A DNA stretch of 64,000 bases from an uncultured bacterium (GTDB lineage: Bacteria > Cyanobacteriota > Vampirovibrionia > Gastranaerophilales > Gastranaerophilaceae): positions 1,792 through 65,791 of the forward strand of contig ONOE01000007.1 of NCBI GenBank assembly GCA_900319365.1, written 5' to 3'. This document shows, in pieces, positions 17,678 to 26,232 of this stretch. Position numbers and translations under genes: made by a program. How positions within the stretch are numbered: the first letter of the stretch is position 1; each line of letters begins with the position of its first letter. Below the pieces are notes generated by a model, which was given only the letters and a program-made list of their open reading frames with translations, did no database searches and was not told the origin of the DNA.

Positions 17678-18661
17678 ATGGAAAATTCTATAGTGATTGG
17701 TAAACAAGAATATCCTATTAAAGAAAAATACATTAACCAAAAGGATTTAAAATTTTATGCTGAAAATCCCCGTATTTACTCCATCTTAAATAATGTATCT
17801 GCAAATCCTTCACAAGAAGAGATTGAAGATACTTTAACAGAAATGGAACATGTTAAACAATTGGTAGTTGCAATCAAAGCTAATGATGGTTTAATTGATC
17901 CATTAATTGTTAAAGATAATGACATGACGGTACTAGAGGGGAATAGTCGTTTAGCAGCATATAGAATATTGGCAAAATCTAATCCTGTTAAATGGGCAAA
18001 TGTAAAATGTAGAGTCCTTCCTCATGAAATTTCAGATAAAGCAATATTCACTCTGTTAGGTCAATATCACATAATTGGGAGAAAAGACTGGAACCCTTAT
18101 GAACAAGCTGGATATTTATATCGAAGAGTTAAATCTACAAATGTAGATATTGATATTATTGCTAAAGAACTTGGGTTAAGCTTACCTACAGCAAAATCAT
18201 ACTATAGAAATTATGAATTTATGCTAAGTAAAAATGATTTAAAATCGAGTCATTGGAGTCATTATGATGAGTATTTAAAAAATCAAAACATAAAAAAATA
18301 TAGGGATACAAATGCTGATTTGGATGAAACAATTTCAGAGGCAATAAAAAATGACAAAATAGCAAAAGCCGTTGATATTAGAGATATTCTTGGGGGTATA
18401 GCTAAAGTAAATAGCAAAACTTCTAAAAAAATAATGGCTAAAGTTGCTGCGGGAGAAATAAGTATTTATGAAGGTTTTGAAAGAGTTGAAGATACTGGCA
18501 AAACTGGTCATGCATATCAAGCGCTCAAAAAATTTAGAGATAAGATATCAGAAAAAAGTTTTGAGAAAGATTTAGAAAAATCTGATATTGGAACGGTTAG
18601 ATTTGAACTAAAGCGAATTCACCAAAAAATAGAAACTTTGCTAAAAAAATATGAAAATTAA
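17678..18661 (+). CDS. ParB/Srx N-terminal-domain protein (ParB-like nuclease/NTPase family)
   Basis: DPLIVKDNDMTVLEGNSRLAAYRIL matches the ParB-N GxxR box region. An RBS AAGGGG lies upstream. Reads as an operon with the SNF2 fragment. Confidence 0.7.
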   Translation: MENSIVIGKQEYPIKEKYINQKDLKFYAENPRIYSILNNVSANPSQEEIEDTLTEMEHVKQLVVAIKANDGLIDPLIVKDNDMTVLEGNSRLAAYRILAKSNPVKWANVKCRVLPHEISDKAIFTLLGQYHIIGRKDWNPYEQAGYLYRRVKSTNVDIDIIAKELGLSLPTAKSYYRNYEFMLSKNDLKSSHWSHYDEYLKNQNIKKYRDTNADLDETISEAIKNDKIAKAVDIRDILGGIAKVNSKTSKKIMAKVAAGEISIYEGFERVEDTGKTGHAYQALKKFRDKISEKSFEKDLEKSDIGTVRFELKRIHQKIETLLKKYEN

Positions 18662-18813
18662 ACAATTTGGAGATTTAAATGATTTTGCAAGGGATTTAGC
18701 CATGACCAAAAATGGCAATGTTAAATACGAATTAGAAAAATTATTACATAGAGTCCAAAGTTTGTTAAAGAAGTATAAATAATCATTACAAATAAAAATT
18801 CATATAACTTTCA

Positions 18814-19580
18814 TCAATAATATCCTGTTCGATGGCGATGTAGTAGAGGGTGATAGCGGAATATTAATGATTGAAAAATTTTTGCTATAACTTTTTCGTG
18901 ATACTGTCTTACTCTTTTTATTTCTTCTGTTGAGTATTCTTTTTTTAATAATCTATCAAATGTCTTATCACATGGAAAATTTGCAGTTTTTATTTTATCT
19001 TTTTGCTTTGCGTAATTTAGTGTTTGCACCCAACAATCAATAATAGAAGGTGCGGAAGGTTTCATATAAAGAACTTTATAACACTCATAATATTCTGGTT
19101 TTACGCGATATTCCTCTTTTTTAAACCCTTTTTTTTAGATAAAAGTGCATCTTCACCGAATTGTTCATATTTAATCCTAGCTTTGCATACAGCAGAGTAG
19201 CTTGATTTTTTATCAGGATGTTTTTCGTTCCAATCCTGCAAAAACTCAATAATGGCAGAGTGTTTCATATATTTTGTTAGGTTTATCAATTCAAGATATT
19301 TATCTGCTTGTTTTCGAGCTGTAATTGAGGCTTTTGCGTATAATTCTGCATTGTTTTCAAGAACTGCAACGTCGTTAAAATCAGGATTGAGTTTGTTCAA
19401 GTAGTTTTCTTGAACAACTTCTGGGAGTGAATTTAACTGCACAAAATAAAGCTTTCTTTTGCCTTCAATTTTGTGTTTTGAAACGTATTCTCCACGTTTG
19501 CATTTACGGCGAACTGTCTCTTTAACCTCCTGCGTGAGTTCGCTTACTTCTTCAATTGTTAGCCAAATTTCATTGCTCAT
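18814..19580 (-). pseudogene. frameshifted and truncated Mu/TnsB-like transposase N-terminus (HTH domains only, no DDE core)
   Basis: ORFs 19101-19580 (MSNEIWLTIEEVSELTQ...SYSAVCKARIKYEQFGEDALLSKKKG) and 18814-19065 are consecutive parts in different frames, with the shift in a homopolymer run near 19120-19140. The reading frame decays into unrelated sequence at about 18850. Confidence 0.55.
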
Positions 19581-19810
19581 AAAATTAATTATATTTCTTC
19601 GAAAGAATATTCAAATAGGGCTAAAATTCAAGGTTGAAAAATTATTCCAAGATTTTAAATGCGTTTTTAAGTTATACAAAGAATACGGATAAAATACTTT
19701 GGAATAATCTTTCCAAAACAAAACTTAACAACTAAATCAAACTCAATTATGACAAGAGATTTTAAAAGAATTGTTCGTGCTAAAATTGATTTATAAAAAG
19801 AGGTGTTTAT

Positions 19811-20347
19811 ATGAAAAAAGTTTTGATATTATCAGGTAGCCCTAGAAAAGGCGGAAATTCAGATACACTTTGCGACGAGTTTATGAAAGGCGCTATTGAA
19901 GCCGGAAACGAGGTTGAAAAAATATTCGTTGCAGGGAAGAATATCGGCTATTGCAAAGGTTGCTATGCTTGCAAAGATACAGGAGTTTGCGTGATTAAAG
20001 ACGATATGGCAGAAGTTTTGCAAAAAATGCTTGATGCTGATGTGATTGTGCTTTCAAGTCCTGTTTATTTTTATTCGATTTCTGCACAATTAAAAGCTGT
20101 TATCGATAGAACTGTTGCTCGTTGATTGGAGTTTAGGGATAAAGAATTTTATTATATTATGACTGCAGCAGAGGACGAAAAACATACAATGGATTGCACT
20201 TTAGAGTGTTTCAGGGGGCTCGCTGCATGCCTTGAAGGTTCAAAAGAAATGGGTGTAATCTACGCAAAAGGCGTTTACGAACGAGGCGAAATTAACGGCA
20301 CTCCGTTCATTCAGCAAGCCTACGAAATGGGCAAAAGCATTTCATAA
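19811..20347 (+). pseudogene. NADPH-dependent FMN reductase / iron-sulfur flavoprotein-like gene interrupted by one in-frame TGA (20123-20125)
   Basis: ORFs 19811-20125 and 20126-20347 are contiguous in the same frame (...AVIDRTVAR*LEFRDKEFYYIMTAA...). The N-terminal ILSGSPRKGGNS and the CKGCYAC cluster are typical of the family. Confidence 0.7.
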
Positions 20348-20364
20348 TTGTTAAAAGATAAATT

Positions 20365-20874
20365 ATGGCAGTTATAGAAGTTTTACAAGGTGATATTACA
20401 ACACTAGAAGTTGATGCGATTGTTAATGCAGCAAATAGAAGTTTGCTTGGTGGTGGCGGAGTTGATGGTGCAATTCATCGAACAGCAGGACGAAGCTTAC
20501 TAGATGAATGCAGGACCTTAAATGGTTGTGAAACAGGGCAGTCTAAAATCACAAAAGGTTATAATCTCCCTGCAAAGTATGTAATCCAAACTGTTGGACC
20601 AGTCTGGAGTGGTGGCAACAAACAAGAAAGAGAATTGTTGAAATCTTGCTACTATACAGCACTAGAGCTTGCAAGAGAAAATAATATCAAAACAATAGCT
20701 TTCCCTTCTATTTCTTGTGGTGTGTATCGATTTCCAATAGAAGAAGCCTGCCAAATCGCTATTAGTACAGTTAAAGAATATTTAAATAATTATGACGGCT
20801 TTGAAAAAGTGATTTTCATAAATCCGAGCAAAGATATTGTTGAGATTTACGAGAAAATTCTTACAAGTTATTAA
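20365..20874 (+). CDS. macro-domain protein (MacroD/YmdB-type ADP-ribose / O-acetyl-ADP-ribose hydrolase)
   Basis: [34 protein letters not shown] and [12 protein letters not shown] are canonical MacroD motifs. Confidence 0.9.
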   Translation: MAVIEVLQGDITTLEVDAIVNAANRSLLGGGGVDGAIHRTAGRSLLDECRTLNGCETGQSKITKGYNLPAKYVIQTVGPVWSGGNKQERELLKSCYYTALELARENNIKTIAFPSISCGVYRFPIEEACQIAISTVKEYLNNYDGFEKVIFINPSKDIVEIYEKILTSY

Positions 20875-21002
20875 AATATCCAGTTTAATTTCAAGCATTT
20901 TTTATCAGTTAGTTTTGAAATTCTTCCGACTTAATTTTATACAGTTTGAGAATTTCTCATTTTGCTGTCCCACTTTTCTCAAACTAACTGTCTATTTATA
21001 GT

Positions 21003-21077
21003 TGTCATGCTGAACTTGTTTCAGCATCTATCAACTGTATAAAATTCACGATGGTCGGATCCTGAAACGAGATGACA
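21003..21077. repeat. REP/MITE-like palindromic element
   Basis: Hairpin ATGCTGAA-CTTGT-TTCAGCAT (21007-21027), the related half-site CCTGAAAC at 21061-21068, and TGTCAT/ATGACA flanks. It lies in a 284-bp non-coding gap between convergent genes. Confidence 0.35.
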
Positions 21078-21158
21078 CATTTGTTTGATTATTACGTTTT
21101 ATCTGGTGCGAAACATCGTACCATACTTTTGTTATTGCTTGGTTTCACCCAACCTCAT

Positions 21159-22565
21159 TTATACATTCTGTATGGTTGATTTAATTTCAAAATTATCAGC
21201 TTTAGGATTATATACTACATCCTGAAAAGTTATTTCCTTTGGAGTATTGTTTAAAATGACTTCATACTGTGAATTTGCTGATATTGCATCAAATCCGCCC
21301 TGAGTGCCTTTTTTTACTGTTACATTTTGAATGATTGGGGTACTGCTGTCTCCTGCCCTGCGACTAGCCCAGCTTGATGCCATTCCTCCGTCAAAAGATA
21401 ATGACTTAAACCGTTTATCAATTATTTTAGCAGATTTTATTCTTTTTATTAATTCATTTATAAATTTCTCATCCCCGAATTTTGCCATCTGCATAGCATC
21501 AGCCAGTGTCAATGTCTTGCGAGAAGTTAAAAAATCATATAAATTTGTTTTAGGTTCAGAATCAAATTTTCCGTTATATGTTTTTACTTTCATATTTTTT
21601 GCTTTTTCTTTATTTTTTTCAAGCATAGCTCTGATTTGAGATTCAAAGTCTTTATCAATAGCAACAGAATCAAACATTCCGACAGTTTTTTCACCTCTAT
21701 ACAGTTTAACATCCGTACTTAAATGATGTTTTGACAAATCTTCACTCAGTTTTTTTACAGCCTGTTTATCCTGAATGAAAGAATCGCTATTTCTGACATA
21801 CTCGCCCACACGGACACGGCTACCAATTTTATCATTCATCATTACCTGAATCTGTTCAGGTGTAATATTACTTAGCATTGAAGATGAAGGCATCATTCTG
21901 GAATCACATCCCCAGTTATATAATATTTCAACAACCCTATTATTGGTTGTTGTCATAAAATAATTATACAATTTAGGATTATTCTTTTTTAAAATAAGCA
22001 TTTGGATATAATGATTAAAGCTCGGCTTTTCCCCGTCAAAGAGTTCGGTATGCTTTTTGAAAAATTTGTCAGTTTCTGCAAAAATCTTTTTAATTTCTTC
22101 TATTGGCATATTTTTTGCAATTTTAAAAGGAACATTTCCATAATGAGCCTTTAATAATCGTAAATTTACAACATTCCCTTTTTCTGTTCCTAACAATACA
22201 AAAGCTTCAGGAGCTTTCTTTCGGAAATCTTCAAAGAACTTATATGCCTCATATTCCGTGTCCACACCAGTTTTGACATTGCCCTTTGCGACATTTACTA
22301 CAACATCGGGGCAATATTTTTCAACATAATCAGCATGCGTCATTTTTCTTATTTCCATTAATAAATCGTCTGCTTTTTTGTTAATTTCTTGCGAAACCTC
22401 TTTTGTAACTTTAACAAAAGTATCCCCGATCGTTTTCGGTGCGGCTTCTAATATAGGCTCTGAGACATGTGCTGATTTTGCAGTTCTTTGAATGACGGAT
22501 TCAGCCCCTTTTACTCCGCCTGATAAACATTTTACGACAGATTTTACAGTATTTAATGAAATCAT
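21159..22565 (-). CDS. R-S-E class ADP-ribosyltransferase (C3/Vip2-like ADPrib_exo_Tox domain at the C-terminus) with an uncharacterised 280-aa N-terminal region
   Basis: C-terminal third: VKLYRGEK (Arg motif), FKSLSFDGG (S-x-S) and GGFDAISANSQYEVILNN (ARTT loop plus Q-x-E). This region aligns by eye with the C3 exoenzyme stretch ...STS...PII..F.V.KGS.AGYI..IS...GQ.E.LL. No signal peptide. Confidence 0.75.
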   Translation of the reverse strand: MISLNTVKSVVKCLSGGVKGAESVIQRTAKSAHVSEPILEAAPKTIGDTFVKVTKEVSQEINKKADDLLMEIRKMTHADYVEKYCPDVVVNVAKGNVKTGVDTEYEAYKFFEDFRKKAPEAFVLLGTEKGNVVNLRLLKAHYGNVPFKIAKNMPIEEIKKIFAETDKFFKKHTELFDGEKPSFNHYIQMLILKKNNPKLYNYFMTTTNNRVVEILYNWGCDSRMMPSSSMLSNITPEQIQVMMNDKIGSRVRVGEYVRNSDSFIQDKQAVKKLSEDLSKHHLSTDVKLYRGEKTVGMFDSVAIDKDFESQIRAMLEKNKEKAKNMKVKTYNGKFDSEPKTNLYDFLTSRKTLTLADAMQMAKFGDEKFINELIKRIKSAKIIDKRFKSLSFDGGMASSWASRRAGDSSTPIIQNVTVKKGTQGGFDAISANSQYEVILNNTPKEITFQDVVYNPKADNFEIKSTIQNV

Positions 22566-22592
22566 TTGTATTTTCCCCTTTTTAATTCCCCG

Positions 22593-22627
22593 TATATATA
22601 TAAAGTATTTTTCAGACCCGAAATTGC
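22593..22627 (-). promoter_or_regulatory. GCAATT-N15-ACTTTATATATATA element, copy 1 (upstream of the ART-like gene)
   Basis: Exact 14-mer and exact GCAATT with a 15-nt spacer. 27 nt separate the element from the ATG at 22565. Confidence 0.6.
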
Positions 22628-22864
22628 CTTTTTGTTACTAATATTAACAAATTTAAAAATAAATTTTTTAGTGCTTAATATTATGTAAATCCTTACAATG
22701 AATGACTTTAAACGACTTCCCCAGATGTAAATTTTAAAATTAAATGTGAATTAATGTAACAAGTGATTCTATTTTGTGAAATTTTTATTATGAAAAAATT
22801 TTTTTATATTTGAGAGTATCTACATCCCAATATAAATTAATGCAACAAAACCTTATTTTCGCTC

Positions 22865-23119
22865 ATGATTGAATTAACAAACAGAGAAAAAGAAGTTATG
22901 CATCTAATGTGCCGGGGATATTCAAATCCCGAAATTGCACAGATACTATGTATCACCATGTTTACGGCAAAAGCTCATGTATGTTCGATTTTAAAGAAGC
23001 TGAATGCAAAAAACAGAATCCTTGCCGTTGTAAAATACATTTGTTTAAAATACGGCATCGATACTTTGCTTGAAGAACTTCAACTAAATCCGCAATACGA
23101 AAATCGCAGCGAATTTTAG
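22865..23119 (+). CDS. stand-alone LuxR/GerE-type helix-turn-helix regulator (84 aa)
   Basis: LTNREKEVMHLMCRGYSNPEIAQILCITMFTAKAHVCSILKKLNAKNR is a complete GerE HTH with no receiver or ligand domain. Confidence 0.8.
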   Translation: MIELTNREKEVMHLMCRGYSNPEIAQILCITMFTAKAHVCSILKKLNAKNRILAVVKYICLKYGIDTLLEELQLNPQYENRSEF

Positions 23120-23254
23120 TAAATTTTAATCTGAATTTTTTGGAACTTTTTTGTGCGGCAAATGGCGCCAAACATTTGCCAAGCTTATTTTTGCCTAATC
23201 GTGTTAATTTCCGTATAAATAATATTAACAAATGTTAAAAGAAAATAGGTTTCT

Positions 23255-23289
23255 GAAATTTTGCAAAATTTTTAACCTTTATATATATG
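23255..23289 (+). promoter_or_regulatory. GAAATT-N15-CCTTTATATATATG element, copy 2
   Basis: Variant of the 35-bp element with the same 15-nt spacing. 26 nt separate it from the ATG at 23316. Confidence 0.5.
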
Positions 23290-23315
23290 AAGATACATAC
23301 CAAGGAGAGATTGTG

Positions 23316-23693
23316 ATGGATGAAAGTATTACATCAATTGACGAATTAAAAAAAGCTCAGGCTGCCGCACAAGCGCAGGGAACTTCTATTACCAATTACA
23401 ACGATTGGGAAAACATATTAGAGGATTTTGATGTTGCAGGGATTCAGTCAACAGGAACTTATGCAGGCGATGTAAAATTGCACAGTCAGATAATTAATCA
23501 GGTTCAAGATATGATTGAACAGGCGCAGGAAGAACAACAGGTTCAACAATTGCAGCCGAACAATGATGATTTGTCTAAGCTGGATAATAAAACTTCTCAA
23601 GACAGCGAACAAACCATAAAAGCCAACGTAGTAAATGCTACGAGCTCAACTATTATGGCGGATTATATGAAATATTATCATTTGTTGAGCTAA
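23316..23693 (+). CDS. hypothetical acidic Gln-rich protein (125 aa)
   Basis: ORF 23232-23693. I prefer the internal ATG at 23316, which is preceded by AAGGAGAG. No family recognised. Confidence 0.5.
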   Translation: MDESITSIDELKKAQAAAQAQGTSITNYNDWENILEDFDVAGIQSTGTYAGDVKLHSQIINQVQDMIEQAQEEQQVQQLQPNNDDLSKLDNKTSQDSEQTIKANVVNATSSTIMADYMKYYHLLS

Positions 23694-23698
23694 AAAGT

Positions 23699-24403
23699 TT
23701 ATATCGTATTTTTTAATCTGTGCAAAACTCTTACACGATCAAACGGGTAGAATAAAAATACCGCACGCCCGACAAAACGATCTCTTTTCAGAGTTCCCCA
23801 GTAACGGCTGTCTTGCGAATTGCCACGGTTGTCGCCCATCATAAAGTATTCGTCTTTACCTAATTTAAACGGTCCGCATTTCATTACTCTATCGTCATAT
23901 TTGAAGAATGATTCCATTTTTTTATCAGGGCAAAGCGGGTATTCATAGGCGCTTTGAATATATTTTTCTTTATATTTTTTGCCGTTTATATAAACATAAG
24001 CCGCACCGTCATCATCAAACTTAATTTCTATTGTTTCACCGGGAAGTCCGACAACACGTTTAATGTATGCAATATCTTTGCACATAATGCCTGTTAAGCG
24101 CTCAAGCAATGGTATAGGAGCTCTTGACAATTGTGTAGACGGCGGATACAAAACCATAATATCCCCTCTTTTAGGACCCGAGAAAAATCTTGAAAATCTT
24201 TCAACAACAATTCTGTCGCCTTCAACTAATGTCGGATGCATTGAGCCTGACGGTATCCAGCGAATTTCTGCTATAAAAAATCTTATTATAATTACCATAA
24301 CGAGAACAAAAACAATTGTACTTATTGTTTCGCCCCAGCCCGTCTTTTCCCATTTATCATACTTCTGTTTGTATTCTTTAATTTTATCTAAAACTCTACT
24401 CAT
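23699..24403 (-). CDS. lepB: signal peptidase I
   Basis: One TM helix, PSGSMHPTL (catalytic Ser box), GDRIVV, YIKRVVGLPGE (Lys box) and MMGDNRGNSQDSRYWG. Confidence 0.9.
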   Translation of the reverse strand: MSRVLDKIKEYKQKYDKWEKTGWGETISTIVFVLVMVIIIRFFIAEIRWIPSGSMHPTLVEGDRIVVERFSRFFSGPKRGDIMVLYPPSTQLSRAPIPLLERLTGIMCKDIAYIKRVVGLPGETIEIKFDDDGAAYVYINGKKYKEKYIQSAYEYPLCPDKKMESFFKYDDRVMKCGPFKLGKDEYFMMGDNRGNSQDSRYWGTLKRDRFVGRAVFLFYPFDRVRVLHRLKNTI

Positions 24404-25283
24404 CTTTTAAAAGCTCCAAGAATTTGTTTAATGCGCTTTTATAATCGTTATCGGGCAAAATATCCAGATAACTCTGCGCTTTATCTATATAATTATTCAA
24501 CAAATTCTCTGTTTTTTCAATACCGTCGGAATAATTCTCAACGCTTTGCGCAAAAATCACGGGCGCATTATAAATCCCGTCGTTAAGGTCGTTTCGTGTC
24601 GGTTTGTCGGTTTCATTTTCTTTTAAATTGTTCAAATCATCTCGTATTTGAAAAGCGATTCCCGTATTCAGGGCGAAACTCTTTGCGTTGTCTTTGGTGT
24701 TTTCATCAATGGTTTTGTCAAACACAATCGGCGCAAGTACGGCTGTTTCAAAAAGGTATGCCGTTTTATCTTTTGTCTTTTCGATATATTGCTCTATTGT
24801 GCCGATTTTAAAGCGGTTAAAGTTTTGAGTGATTTCGCCCGTGCACATTTTGCTTAAAGTTTTTGAAAAACTTTCCAGTAGTTCATTGTTATTTAATTTC
24901 ACAAGAATGTTCATCGCAAGCGATAAAAGGTAATCCCCCGCAATTACGCCGATTTTATTCCCGAAAGTTTCGGAAACAGTTTCCAGTCCCCGTCGTGTTT
25001 TGCTTTCATCAATAATATCGTCATGAATTAACGAGGCGTTATGAACTATCTCTACTGCGCTTAATGCCGAAACTTGTTTTTCGGTTAAATCTTTCCCTAG
25101 TGCTTTAATAAATAAAACAGGCAAAACAAGCCTTATTCTTTTGGCGTGCGAATTTAAAAACAACAAAATTTTACCATTCAACGGTTCTGAAAGGTTTATC
25201 ATTTTTGAAATATGTTTTTCGATAATGCCGATTTCAGGCGATACCAAATTCTTTATATCGGAATATTTTTTAGCAAAAGTCAT
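24396..25283 (-). CDS. trans-polyprenyl diphosphate synthase (IspB/HepT-like)
   Basis: First Asp-rich motif LIHDDIIDES. The second motif is FQIRDDLNN (DDxxN rather than DDxxD). Confidence 0.8.
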   Translation of the reverse strand: MTFAKKYSDIKNLVSPEIGIIEKHISKMINLSEPLNGKILLFLNSHAKRIRLVLPVLFIKALGKDLTEKQVSALSAVEIVHNASLIHDDIIDESKTRRGLETVSETFGNKIGVIAGDYLLSLAMNILVKLNNNELLESFSKTLSKMCTGEITQNFNRFKIGTIEQYIEKTKDKTAYLFETAVLAPIVFDKTIDENTKDNAKSFALNTGIAFQIRDDLNNLKENETDKPTRNDLNDGIYNAPVIFAQSVENYSDGIEKTENLLNNYIDKAQSYLDILPDNDYKSALNKFLELLKDE

Positions 25284-25290
25284 TGTTGTT

Positions 25291-26232
25291 TTAATCTTTC
25301 TTCGGTGCGGGAGCAGGTTTTTTGTTATTATCTTTTTGTTGTAATTTTAAATAATTTACATTATCCCAGCTCAAATCAATGTATTTGATTTTTTCGTGAA
25401 CTTCATGGATTTGCGGCAAAATTGTATAAATTCTCTTTATTCTGTCAAATACCGAGCTGTCCAAAACCCCGAGCCTTACGCTTGTTGTTTTAATTTTTAC
25501 GTAAACGTCAAGAGGATTTCTCATATCAACGTAGCTGACTTTTTCTTTTGAATATGTTTCAACAGCTTTGGCTATCTTTTCTATAAATAAAACCCTGTCA
25601 ACATTCCAATCTTTTTTGATATCGGAACTTTTTACAAGTATACACAAGGTCGAATTTGTATCAGCCAGATGCATATAATCCTTGCTTGTTACCATTATTT
25701 TATCCGTTGTAATAAAGGCTGCCGGTCGTTGTTTCAGGTCGGTTTTAATTATAGCCATAGGTATTCTTTCCCGCACGATTATTTTAATTCTCGGAGGAAA
25801 ACCGAATCTTCTTACATAAAGCGTTTTTATAACCGGAATTTTGTATAATTCTTTTTTTATCGGTCGAACTGACATCATAAAAATCGGAATATGCTGAACT
25901 TTTATCTCCTTTAAGCTGTTATAAATAACGGAAGTCGGAACAATTTTGTTATTTATTATTTCAACCGTTTGAATGTCGGGAGATGTAAATGCATCTGATC
26001 TTAAATACCAGCCTTTGAGATTAACAAAGCAGTATATCGAAAAAATGAGCACAAAAAACAACACCATTCGCAAAAATGCTTTGAAGCGATTTAATCTTTT
26101 TGCCTGTTTTCGGATTTGTCTTTCTTTCTGCCTGATATAAACAGAATGCCGACCTTCTTCCTTGGCTTTTTTCATTTCCTGCGAATAAGATAAATTCTCA
26201 TTATTCGGTTTTTCGTTTTCGTTTTCGGTCAT
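25291..26232 (-). CDS. ftsQ: cell division protein FtsQ/DivIB (POTRA domain)
   Basis: Basic N-terminal tail, a single TM, then a POTRA-like segment. Positioned directly after ddl, as in dcw clusters. Confidence 0.72.
   Translation of the reverse strand: MTENENEKPNNENLSYSQEMKKAKEEGRHSVYIRQKERQIRKQAKRLNRFKAFLRMVLFFVLIFSIYCFVNLKGWYLRSDAFTSPDIQTVEIINNKIVPTSVIYNSLKEIKVQHIPIFMMSVRPIKKELYKIPVIKTLYVRRFGFPPRIKIIVRERIPMAIIKTDLKQRPAAFITTDKIMVTSKDYMHLADTNSTLCILVKSSDIKKDWNVDRVLFIEKIAKAVETYSKEKVSYVDMRNPLDVYVKIKTTSVRLGVLDSSVFDRIKRIYTILPQIHEVHEKIKYIDLSWDNVNYLKLQQKDNNKKPAPAPKKD

Noticed and set aside
20123-20125. TGA recoding (genetic code 4/25 or selenocysteine) as the explanation for the split flavoprotein gene
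   Set aside because: Very long genes in the window (1060-aa SNF2, 706-aa FlhA and others) are uninterrupted under the standard code and encode Trp with TGG. No SECIS-like hairpin follows the TGA. A single nonsense mutation is more parsimonious.
15800-22600. Intact prophage, IS element or CRISPR-associated transposon at the tRNA-Gly locus
   Set aside because: No DDE/integrase catalytic domain, TnsC/TniQ, Cas gene, capsid or terminase ORF is present. Only N-terminal DNA-binding fragments of transposase-like genes survive.
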